DNA of 64,000 nucleotides. Source: an uncultured Candidatus Actinomarina sp. Its GTDB lineage: Bacteria > Actinomycetota > Acidimicrobiia > Actinomarinales > Actinomarinaceae. Position 1 is the first letter of the stretch; the number at the start of each line of letters is the position of its first letter. The DNA lies in contig CACDQN010000004.1 in assembly GCA_902555055.1 (NCBI GenBank), forward strand, positions 11,514 through 75,513, read 5' to 3'. The translations under genes and the position numbers were made by a program. Under the pieces are notes generated by a model. The model was not told where the DNA came from. It did no database searches and was given only the letters and a program-made list of their open reading frames with translations. Positions 20,649 through 28,455 of this stretch are shown piece by piece.

Positions 20649-21535
20649 TCGAAATGTATCCAATCAAGTAGGTCATCAAACCAGATACCGTCAATCCATG
20701 GATATACCCAGTTCCAGCCTGGACCTCTAAAAAGAACACCTATAATTGTTAAGGTTCCAGCCCCTGCTAAAAAGAACGTGTAAAACATAATTGCAAATTT
20801 TCTCTTTGAAGGATGTGTTTCAGGATTTCTATCTATGTAAGGAAATGCCATCCAAAGTATCAAGCCTACAACTGTTGGAATCATCACTCCAGCTATTTGT
20901 GGGTCCCAATATGACAACATCTCTTGAAGTCCTAAAAAATACCAAGGCGCTTTTGCTGGGTTAGGTGTTACGTTAGGGTTAGCCTCCTCTAACAAAGGAG
21001 CTTGTAAAATTGCTGATAAAAATATTAAGAATGCTGTCATTGCCATAAGTGCAACAAATTCTGGAAGCATTAAGTGAGGCCAAGTGTTAACTTTATCAAT
21101 TGGTTCTTTAACAGGTTTCTGAATTGGCTTGGCTTTAACAACAGTTAGCAATCGTTGTGTTACTTTTACTTCTGGTGCAAAATCAACTTCATCAGGTGCA
21201 TCTGCTTTGGCAGGAGGAGGGGGTTTTGCTGCTGCAGGTTTTTCATCAATTTTTACAGCTGCCACCTTTTCAGTTGTTTCTGCAGCATGCTCTTCTTTTA
21301 TCGGAGTTATAGTCTCTGCTGCTGGGGCTGGGGCTGAAGTCTCAGGTGGTGGAGCTGGGGTCTCTGCTGTTGGAGTTGGAGTCTCGTCAATTACTTTTAC
21401 TTCTGGTTCTTTTGATATGACTGTTGGGTCTGATTGACCTTTCATCTCAGCCATAGCCTGTTCAATACTTATACCAAGAGCTTTAGCTCTAGCTTCTGCT
21501 GATCTCTGCAACAAATGTTCTGGGATATCTACCAT
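20645..21535 (-). CDS. Cytochrome b C-terminal part (subunit IV-like) with an N-terminal extension
   Basis: The C-terminal half has 3-4 TM and an [12 protein letters not shown] block aligning with the PEWYF Qo motif. The N-terminus carries a QRSAEARA module plus a Pro/Ala/Glu/Thr-rich linker. Confidence 0.85.
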   Translation of the reverse strand: MVDIPEHLLQRSAEARAKALGISIEQAMAEMKGQSDPTVISKEPEVKVIDETPTPTAETPAPPPETSAPAPAAETITPIKEEHAAETTEKVAAVKIDEKPAAAKPPPPAKADAPDEVDFAPEVKVTQRLLTVVKAKPIQKPVKEPIDKVNTWPHLMLPEFVALMAMTAFLIFLSAILQAPLLEEANPNVTPNPAKAPWYFLGLQEMLSYWDPQIAGVMIPTVVGLILWMAFPYIDRNPETHPSKRKFAIMFYTFFLAGAGTLTIIGVLFRGPGWNWVYPWIDGIWFDDLLDWIHFE

Positions 21536-21542
21536 GATGCCT

Positions 21543-22316
21543 TTATAAAGGTCCTGATATTCCGCCGTCTTTTCTTACTCTCCAGAAATGAACAGCCATG
21601 AATATAACGATTATGAATGGGAAAAAGAGAACATGTAAAACATAAAATCTTAATAAAGTCGCAGTTGTAGCCTCAAGTCCTGCAAATAAACCAAACTTAA
21701 CCTGTGCACCCACAACGGGGACATAGCCAGCCATATTACCTCCTACTGTTACAGCCCAAATAGCTAACTGGTCCCAAGGTAATAAATAACCTGTAAATGA
21801 AAGAAGCAAGGTAAGAAGTAGCAAAATTACTCCAATAACCCAGTTGAATTCTCTTGGAGCTTTGTAAGCACCATGATAGAAAACACGAGACATATGTAAG
21901 AAGACAACTAGAACCATTAAGTGAGCTCCCCACCTATGCATGTTTCTCACTAATGAACCAAAAGCAATAGTTGTTTGAAGATTTTGTATGTCAACATAAG
22001 CTAGTTCAGTAGGTCGGAAATAAAACATCAACCAAATACCTGTAATGGTTAAAACGATGAACAAGAAAAAACTGAGTCCACCTAAGCAGAGAGTATAAGA
22101 TAACCTCACACCATGTCTTTTAACTTTAACTGGATGTAGGTGATACAAAACGTTGTTCATGACAACATATGATCTATTTCTTGGACTGTCTACATAACCT
22201 TTTCTAAATGGTGAACCTGGGCGAAAAATACTAGACATAAGTTTTCCACCTCTAAAGCCATCACTAGCTTTTGCTCTGGTTTCTTTTAACCTATCTCTAA
22301 ATGACATTTTCTGCAT
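21543..22316 (-). CDS. Cytochrome b N-terminal part (b6-like, 4 TM)
   Basis: 257 aa. Haem-ligand His pairs in RNMHRWGAHLMVLVVFLHM and FYVLHVLFFPFIIVIFMAVHFW. Confidence 0.9.
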   Translation of the reverse strand: MQKMSFRDRLKETRAKASDGFRGGKLMSSIFRPGSPFRKGYVDSPRNRSYVVMNNVLYHLHPVKVKRHGVRLSYTLCLGGLSFFLFIVLTITGIWLMFYFRPTELAYVDIQNLQTTIAFGSLVRNMHRWGAHLMVLVVFLHMSRVFYHGAYKAPREFNWVIGVILLLLTLLLSFTGYLLPWDQLAIWAVTVGGNMAGYVPVVGAQVKFGLFAGLEATTATLLRFYVLHVLFFPFIIVIFMAVHFWRVRKDGGISGPL

Positions 22317-22325
22317 TATATTATT

Positions 22326-22772
22326 TTATAGCCTTCCATATATATAACCATGCCTGTCACTTCTTTGGCCAGAATCTTCTTCCCATGGAGCGGTATATAA
22401 ACCATTTTCAACAGCTTGGTCTGCTAAAGATCCTGCAAATTTTCCAAGTGAGATAACTCCCGTAGGACACCTGTCAACACAGAGAGCACATCTTGTACAT
22501 GCTTCTTCATCTACAACAAAGAATCCTGTTGATTCACTTGCATCAGGTGACTCAACATTAATTGAATCTTCAATTGCATCAACTGACAAATAGTGAATAC
22601 ATTTCCATGGACATATATCTACACATCCCTCACATAAGATACATTCAGATTCGTCAATGTGTAGAAATTGTTTTGGCCTAACTCTTGATGAAACTTTTTC
22701 AGCATCAACCATTGCAAGATTGTATTTCTTTTCAAAATCTGGCATCTCAATAAGTACTTCGGATTTAGCCAT
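22326..22772 (-). CDS. 2x[4Fe-4S] ferredoxin-domain protein
   Basis: CILCEGCVDICP and CTRCALCVDRCP cluster motifs. The probable ATG at 22772 overlaps the upstream stop by 8 nt (the track uses a TTG at 22781). Confidence 0.85.
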   Translation of the reverse strand: MAKSEVLIEMPDFEKKYNLAMVDAEKVSSRVRPKQFLHIDESECILCEGCVDICPWKCIHYLSVDAIEDSINVESPDASESTGFFVVDEEACTRCALCVDRCPTGVISLGKFAGSLADQAVENGLYTAPWEEDSGQRSDRHGYIYGRL

Positions 22773-23358
22773 CTTGGTCAACCCTCACAACTTCTTTTCC
22801 ATAGTCTGAAATTCTTGATTTTGAAGATTCGATTTTATCATTGATATCTTGAATCAAATATGCAACAACACAGCCAGCTATAAGAAAGTTGGTAGAAATT
22901 CCAGCTTGTATAATGTCTTTTAAAGCCCCAAGGCTTAGACCAATTTCATTATTTAAAAATAGAATCGGAGGAAAGTTGATAAACTCTCTTTGACCTGTCC
23001 ACTCAAGAGGACCTTGAGCAAGGTTTAACCATTCTGAAGGAACTATGCCTAATAATATGGCCATCTCAATCCAGACTATGAATGAAAAATAAGTAGCTTT
23101 TGCCCAAGTTAATTCTTTTTGATTCCAGACAACAAGTACCATACCAAGAAGTAGTAACTGGCTTGCTCCAAATGCCAAAAGTTGCCCGATAGTTTGAGGT
23201 AACCAACCACGAGGCATCCAATTGAAATAATCTATAAATTCTCCTTCAGGAAAGCCAGCGAAGTGGGCTATGAGTACACCGATAGTCATACCGCCAATGC
23301 CAGAAACAATTGAGATAAAACCTATTCTGTATCTAAATTTATAAATTGTGTATATCAA
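22765..23358 (-). CDS. Hypothetical polytopic membrane protein, first gene of the respiratory operon
   Basis: 197 aa, about 5 TM. No family recognised. Overlaps the ferredoxin gene. Confidence 0.55.
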   Translation of the reverse strand: MIYTIYKFRYRIGFISIVSGIGGMTIGVLIAHFAGFPEGEFIDYFNWMPRGWLPQTIGQLLAFGASQLLLLGMVLVVWNQKELTWAKATYFSFIVWIEMAILLGIVPSEWLNLAQGPLEWTGQREFINFPPILFLNNEIGLSLGALKDIIQAGISTNFLIAGCVVAYLIQDINDKIESSKSRISDYGKEVVRVDQDG

Positions 23359-23505
23359 ATTTCCTCAAACCTTACCTATATATAATATCGTATGTTGGGG
23401 ACAAATTATAAATTGATTAGATATCTTTTTTTAAAAATTTTCAACATTACCAAGCCACTTTTTTCCAATATAATAGTAAAGTCATAGTGAATATTTACTA
23501 AATAT

Positions 23506-24897
23506 ATGAAACTTAAGTTAATTCCAAAAAATGAACAAGAGCTTTCAAAACTTTTTGTTTTGATTTTTCCACTAACTCTTCTTTTGTCATCCCTTTTTAC
23601 GTTCCTTAAAGATTCATACTTCACATTTGCAAATTTACTGCCAAACAATCAAATCTTTAATTATGGATTTTTAGATCGCGTAAGCACGAAAGCAAGTTTT
23701 GGGTTAGTTTTTGCCACAATAATTTGTTTAACATTTGCATATCTATTCTCAAAATCTCTGGGACGTGTTGCAGTTTTGTTCCCATTATTATTCCTAACTT
23801 TACTTGGATTCATAGGCACTGAATTTTTAGATATTATTCTTAGCTTTTTTTATCAGGATAATTTAAACATAACTGGCAGTATTTCTATTGTAATTTTATT
23901 AAAAATTCTGGTTGCATTCGGATTATTTGGTCTTGCTTCTCTTAATTTATTAGCAAAGAAGGAAACTACTATATTTGCGAGTGCTCAATTTATTTATGGG
24001 GCTGTGGTCTTCTACTTCTTATCATTACTAATAGCTAGAAGTGAATTGATCGTTTTTACTGACTCTCTTTTAATAACTTCTTTATATACTTCAACCCACA
24101 TATATGTAGCATTCTCATTTATCTATCTTGCAATTATTCACTTTCTAATGACGAAACCTATTGATGCCACACTTTTCAGTAAGACCCTGTCTTCAATTAC
24201 TTTCTGGGGGTTCTTGTTTTTACTTCCATGGACTAGTTATAAATATTATTTTGGATCAGTTCTACCAAACTGGTTAGAAAATGTATCTATATATCTTTCT
24301 TTAAGTCTAATTATTCCTTTACTGGCATTTGCTGTTAACTACGTAAAAACAACTCAAACACGAGAAATTGACATGAACAAATCTGCTAATCTCATGAATT
24401 TTTCAGTTATTCTATTTTTAATAACAAATGTACTTCATATAGTTTCTAGCTTTGAAAACTTACTTCCATTAGTTGGTTTAACAAACTTTCAAAATGTTAT
24501 ATCTCATGGCTATTTTGGTTCTCTTGTTTTAGCTTCTGTTTCTCTAAGCTATTATTTAATTCCTAAACTATTTGGAAGATCTGTAAAGTATTCATTATTA
24601 GAAAATCTAATATTTGGTGGATTTAAATTAACATACCTATTTCTTTTGGTAAATAACTTTTTAATAGGTGTCAATTCTGGATATTCATGGAATGCAGCAG
24701 CGAATGCGGGGAGTCCAGCTATCTACGGAGAGGGTTTCAACATAGTTTGGAATTTAGTCGGAATAAATTACTCAGCAAATACATTTATTTCATTGTTATT
24801 TCTTGGCGTATCAACATTGTTTTTCATATCAATAATTAGGTCAATTAGTTCTGGAGATATTACAACTGTTGAAGAAATGGTTTTTAGTAATGAGTGA
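23506..24897 (+). CDS. Haem-copper oxidase subunit I (cbb3 CcoN)-like polytopic protein lacking most canonical His ligands
   Basis: 463 aa, about 12 TM. Blocks ITFWGFLFLLPWTSYKYYFGSVLPNW and ISHGYFGSLVLASVSLSYYLIPKLFGRS align with CcoN helix 7 and helix 10-11 as recalled. There are only 4 His in the whole protein. Followed by a CcoO-like gene. Confidence 0.6.
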   Translation: MKLKLIPKNEQELSKLFVLIFPLTLLLSSLFTFLKDSYFTFANLLPNNQIFNYGFLDRVSTKASFGLVFATIICLTFAYLFSKSLGRVAVLFPLLFLTLLGFIGTEFLDIILSFFYQDNLNITGSISIVILLKILVAFGLFGLASLNLLAKKETTIFASAQFIYGAVVFYFLSLLIARSELIVFTDSLLITSLYTSTHIYVAFSFIYLAIIHFLMTKPIDATLFSKTLSSITFWGFLFLLPWTSYKYYFGSVLPNWLENVSIYLSLSLIIPLLAFAVNYVKTTQTREIDMNKSANLMNFSVILFLITNVLHIVSSFENLLPLVGLTNFQNVISHGYFGSLVLASVSLSYYLIPKLFGRSVKYSLLENLIFGGFKLTYLFLLVNNFLIGVNSGYSWNAAANAGSPAIYGEGFNIVWNLVGINYSANTFISLLFLGVSTLFFISIIRSISSGDITTVEEMVFSNE

Positions 24898-25636
24898 GTT
24901 AGTTAATAAAGTAGCAGAAATACTTAATGCTCCAATAGATCTAGTCCAAAGATCAGCCGAAGCAAGAGCAGCTGCATCAGGTAAGTCTGTAGATGAAGTT
25001 CTCAGTTCTTGGGCTGGTGGAGAAAGTATAGAATCTACAGCACCAGTTGAAGAGACTCCAGTTGAAGAGACTCCTGTTGAAGAGACTCCAGTTGAAGAGA
25101 CTCCAGTTGAAGAAGTGGTTCAAGAAGTAGTAGAAGAATTAGTAGATCTAAAAAATGAGAGCTCGTTAGCATTCATTTCAGGTGTACTGTCAATTGCAGT
25201 GTTTACATTTGTATTTGCATTTTTAATTCCTAAAAATCAATCAATAAGGATTGTTGAAAGCTCGTTGAACAACACTATAAGTGTTTCTGCTGACGTAATA
25301 AAAGGTGCAGAAATTTATAGTGAGCTAAACTGCCAGTCTTGCCATACACAAAATGTAAGAACTCTTATTCCAGATACTCAAAATGGAAAAGTTTTAAGTA
25401 ATAAATATGCGAATAAAGCATTGATAAAGAATATTGGAAATATTCGACTTGGGCCAGATTTGTCAACTAATAGTCTCCGAGAACCTACAAACAATGCACA
25501 ATGGTTAGGTCGATATTTAACTGATTCATCATCTGTTAATAGAGAAATACCTCATCCTAACTATGAATTTCTTGATGATCAGGATTTGGACTACCTCGTA
25601 ACTTATTTACTATCATTAGGAGAGCCAAATGAGTGA
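24890..25636 (+). CDS. Monohaem c-type cytochrome, cbb3 CcoO-like, with an N-terminal QRSAEARA module
   Basis: GAEIYSELNCQSCHTQNVR and IRLGPDL resemble the CcoO haem and RxGPDL blocks. One TM. Probable ATG at 24890 (MSELVNK, the same start as the next gene), which overlaps the upstream stop as ATGAGTGA. Confidence 0.7.
   Translation: MSELVNKVAEILNAPIDLVQRSAEARAAASGKSVDEVLSSWAGGESIESTAPVEETPVEETPVEETPVEETPVEEVVQEVVEELVDLKNESSLAFISGVLSIAVFTFVFAFLIPKNQSIRIVESSLNNTISVSADVIKGAEIYSELNCQSCHTQNVRTLIPDTQNGKVLSNKYANKALIKNIGNIRLGPDLSTNSLREPTNNAQWLGRYLTDSSSVNREIPHPNYEFLDDQDLDYLVTYLLSLGEPNE
25043..25113 (+). repeat. In-frame 15-nt tandem repeat (about 4.7 copies) encoding (PVEET)n
   Basis: ccagttgaagagact repeated head-to-tail from 25043. 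One synonymous variant (cctgtt). Confidence 0.9.
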
Positions 25637-26564
25637 GTTAGTCAATAAAGTAGCTGAATTATTAAACGCACCAGTAGACCTAGTACAGAGATCTGCTGAA
25701 GCAAGGGCTGCTGCATCAGGTAAGTCTGTAGATGAAGTTCTCAGTTCTTGGGCTGGTGGAGAAAGTATAGAAGCTTCAGCGCCAGTTGCTGAAACTCCAA
25801 AAGAGGAAGCGCCAGTTGCTGAAACTCCAAAAGAGGAAGCGCCAGTTACTGAAACCCCAAAAGAGGAAGCGCCAGTTACTGAAACCCCAAAAGAAACCAT
25901 TGCTGCTGCTGTAACTCAAAAAATTACAAATTCTTATTCAGTTATTAATGAAACAATGGGAATAAAAACTAACTCAGATACACTTCTGCCTAAATGGTTA
26001 AATTTTAGCTTTATAATTATTCCTCTATTTATATTGGTTGGATTAATTAGTTCTTCCAACACTCAAGAGTGTGGAGAAAGAGGTATGTTGAATATTGATA
26101 GAAAATCCCAACAGGCTGTTAATTGTGATGGTTCTCCATACGAAGGTAGAGGAGTTGCTTCAACAAACACTATCAACTACATTGCACTTGGACAAGAGGT
26201 ATATGCAGGAGCTGCTGCATGTGCTGGATGTCATGGCGGCGGTGGTGGTGGAGGTGTTGGGCCAGCATTTACAGGTGGTGCGCTTTATACAACCTTTCCA
26301 ACATGTGCAGATCATGCCAAGTGGATACAGCTAGGTTCTGCAGGATGGCAAGCAGAAGTGGGGCCAACGTACGGGGCAGAAGATACAGTATCTATTGGAG
26401 GTATGCCCGGATTTCAAGGAAAACTTACTGAAGATGAATTATACGCAGTTGTAGTTTTTGAAAGAGTTGTTTTTGGTGGAGGAAATACTGAAGAAGTATT
26501 GACCGATTGTGGTCTTCTCGAAACTGAAGAAGAGGAAGTCACAACCGAAGCGATTAGTCCATAG
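25629..26564 (+). CDS. Membrane-anchored class I c-type cytochrome (CcoP-like monohaem) with an N-terminal QRSAEARA module
   Basis: CAGCH haem motif, GGMPGF Met block, LTEDELYAVVVFERV. One TM. Its start overlaps the upstream stop as ATGAGTGA. Confidence 0.8.
   Translation: MSELVNKVAELLNAPVDLVQRSAEARAAASGKSVDEVLSSWAGGESIEASAPVAETPKEEAPVAETPKEEAPVTETPKEEAPVTETPKETIAAAVTQKITNSYSVINETMGIKTNSDTLLPKWLNFSFIIIPLFILVGLISSSNTQECGERGMLNIDRKSQQAVNCDGSPYEGRGVASTNTINYIALGQEVYAGAAACAGCHGGGGGGGVGPAFTGGALYTTFPTCADHAKWIQLGSAGWQAEVGPTYGAEDTVSIGGMPGFQGKLTEDELYAVVVFERVVFGGGNTEEVLTDCGLLETEEEEVTTEAISP
25779..25894 (+). repeat. In-frame 30-nt tandem repeat (about 4 copies) encoding (APVAETPKEE)n
   Basis: gcgccagttgctgaaactccaaaagaggaa repeated. 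Copies 3-4 carry gct-to-act and act-to-acc changes. Confidence 0.9.
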
Positions 26565-26571
26565 TTCACAA

Positions 26572-26997
26572 ATGAAAAAATTTTCATTTTTGTATATATT
26601 TGCTTTCTTTGATGGCCTAGGAGTAGCCTCTGGAGCACTAATTGGATTCTTTTTTCCACAGATTGTATCTGATATTTTTGGAGCTAATTTTCAAACGAAT
26701 GATTTAATATGGTTTAAGTTTGTGCTACTCCCCGGTTTTGCAATAAATGTTTTGTATATGTTTTTTGCAATTTCAAAAAATAGACCTGCAATTCTTTTAT
26801 CCAATATTTTAAGAATATTAACAACTATTGGTTTTGTAATTATGTGGAGTGAAGCAGTTGTTTTAAGGTCTTTACTTAATTTAATGATAATTCATCATAT
26901 TGCATTTATATCAGCGACATTTGTCCTATATTTTAAAAAAGATAAAACCAAAGAAGATGAAATATCAAGTGAAAAAGAATTTCTACAAGAAAACTAG
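26572..26997 (+). CDS. Hypothetical 4-TM membrane protein, last gene of the oxidase-like operon
   Basis: The track ORF starts at 26509, inside the upstream gene. The Met at 26572 (MKKFSFLYIFAFF) starts 8 nt after the upstream stop. Confidence 0.5.
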   Translation: MKKFSFLYIFAFFDGLGVASGALIGFFFPQIVSDIFGANFQTNDLIWFKFVLLPGFAINVLYMFFAISKNRPAILLSNILRILTTIGFVIMWSEAVVLRSLLNLMIIHHIAFISATFVLYFKKDKTKEDEISSEKEFLQEN

Positions 26998-27106
26998 TTT
27001 GTTTCTTTTCAAAACTTAATTACAATTTTTTTATGCTTCCAGTTATTTATTTTCACTTAGGACTAATAGTCTTTAGCGCTCTTCTGTTTTACGTTATCTT
27101 ATAGAG

Positions 27107-27550
27107 ATGGCTCAACAAAAAAGACAAAAGAGGGTTGTTGGTTGGAAAGAACACGCTGCTTTGCCTGATTTAAAAATAAAAGATGTTATTGCAAAAATGG
27201 ATACGGGTGCAAACCTAGCTTCCATTGATGCATCAGAAATCAAATATTCAACAAAGGGTGGAGTAAAACATGTTAACTTCAAAGTCATGAAGAGAAATAA
27301 TACTGTGAGAAAAACTTCTGCTCCCCTAGCTGGTTTTAAAAGAATAAAAAGTTCTAATGGTGATGTTGAAAGAAGACCATATATAAAAACAACATTATTA
27401 GTAGATGGTATTTCAAAAAAAATTGAACTTACCCTTACAGATAGAGGTCCCATGGATTACACAATGCTAATTGGTAGAAAAGCTCTTGGCAGAAGGTGGG
27501 TAGTAAACCCCTCAGTTAGCTTTCTTACAAAACCGAACCGAGAAAAATAA
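27107..27550 (+). CDS. RimK-associated retropepsin-like/'ATP-dependent zinc protease' domain protein
   Basis: 147 aa. GWKEHAALPDL, KMDTGANLASIDA and LIGRKAL resemble the family commonly encoded next to rimK. Lies directly upstream of rimK. Confidence 0.75.
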   Translation: MAQQKRQKRVVGWKEHAALPDLKIKDVIAKMDTGANLASIDASEIKYSTKGGVKHVNFKVMKRNNTVRKTSAPLAGFKRIKSSNGDVERRPYIKTTLLVDGISKKIELTLTDRGPMDYTMLIGRKALGRRWVVNPSVSFLTKPNREK

Positions 27551-27552
27551 TA

Positions 27553-28455
27553 ATGAAACTTGGAATTCTTTCGCAAGATATAAAGCTTTACTCAACTAGC
27601 AGATTAAATGAATCTGCAAAAAAACGAGGGCATGAGACTGAAGTTGTAAGTTATTTAAGATGCTACATGAATATAGCAAAAGCAAAACCTAGAGTGTTTT
27701 TCCAAGGTAGGGAGATAAATTTTGACGTTGTCATTCCAAGAATAGCGGCAACTTGGACGTTTTACGGAGCAGCAGTTGTACGACAATTCGAACTTATGGG
27801 TTCTTTGTCAGCAAACTCTTCTGCTTCAATCAGCAGATCTAGAGATAAATTGAGAGCATTACAACTAATTGGAAATATTGGTGTAGAAATGCCTATCACA
27901 GGTTATGTTCATCTTTCACGAGATATTGAGTCAGTATTAAACACTGTAGGTGAACCACCGTTTGTAATAAAACTTTTAGAAGGAACCCAAGGAAGAGGTG
28001 TCGTTTTAACTGAAACAATGGGTGCTGCAATAAGTGCTATTGAAACTATGAAAAAAATTGATGCCAATATTTTAATCCAGGAATTTATCAGTGAAGCAAA
28101 TGGAGAAGATATACGTGCAATTGTAGTTGGTGATGAAGTGGTCGCGTCAATGAAAAGAATTGCAAAGCCTGGTGAATTTAGATCTAATGTGCATTTAGGT
28201 GGAAGGGTTGAAGATTATAAATTAACAGATCAGGAAAAAGAGAGTGCAATTAAATCAGCTAAAGTTCTTGGTTTATCAGTAGCGGGTGTTGACCTAATTC
28301 AATCTGACAGAGGCCCTTTAGTTCTTGAAGTAAACTCATCACCTGGCCTAGAAGGAATTGAAAGAGCTAGTGGAATAGACGTTGCAGATAAAATAATTGA
28401 ATATCTTGAAAAAGAGCATTTAACAAGAGACAAATCTAAACCGATTGATATTTAA
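27553..28455 (+). CDS. rimK: RimK-type ATP-grasp glutamate ligase
   Basis: 300 aa. MKLGILS, KLLEGTQGRGVVL, QEFISEANGEDIRAIVVG and VNSSPGLEGIE are typical RimK/ATP-grasp blocks. Confidence 0.9.
   Translation: MKLGILSQDIKLYSTSRLNESAKKRGHETEVVSYLRCYMNIAKAKPRVFFQGREINFDVVIPRIAATWTFYGAAVVRQFELMGSLSANSSASISRSRDKLRALQLIGNIGVEMPITGYVHLSRDIESVLNTVGEPPFVIKLLEGTQGRGVVLTETMGAAISAIETMKKIDANILIQEFISEANGEDIRAIVVGDEVVASMKRIAKPGEFRSNVHLGGRVEDYKLTDQEKESAIKSAKVLGLSVAGVDLIQSDRGPLVLEVNSSPGLEGIERASGIDVADKIIEYLEKEHLTRDKSKPIDI

Noticed and set aside
21129-21437. Plus-strand Gly/Ala/Ser-rich ORFs (102 aa and 60 aa).
   Set aside because: They are the antisense reading of the Pro/Ala/Glu/Thr-rich linker of the cytochrome b C-terminal subunit. 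This is an artefact of low-complexity coding sequence.
23406-23648. Minus-strand 80-aa ORF in the divergent promoter region.
   Set aside because: It overlaps the 5' end of the CcoN-like gene and the intergenic promoter region. There is no supporting motif or coupling.
25043-25894. Possible CRISPR array, because of regularly spaced direct repeats. The 27-nt repeats at 44754-44834 were also considered.
   Set aside because: The repeats are head-to-tail with no spacers and in frame within coding sequences. No cas genes are present. They are coding tandem repeats.
25616-25900. Minus-strand 94-aa ORF with repeated GVSVTGASSF units.
   Set aside because: It is the antisense of the 30-nt tandem repeat and of the conserved N-terminal module of the cytochrome c gene. 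The repeat periodicity creates an open antisense frame.
26095-26659. ORFs 26095-26334 (+), 26219-26431 (+) and 26414-26659 (-), plus the 26509 start of the downstream membrane protein.
   Set aside because: They are out-of-frame or antisense overlaps with the cytochrome c gene, which has CAGCH and GGMPGF motifs in its own frame. The downstream gene more plausibly starts at the ATG at 26572, after the stop.
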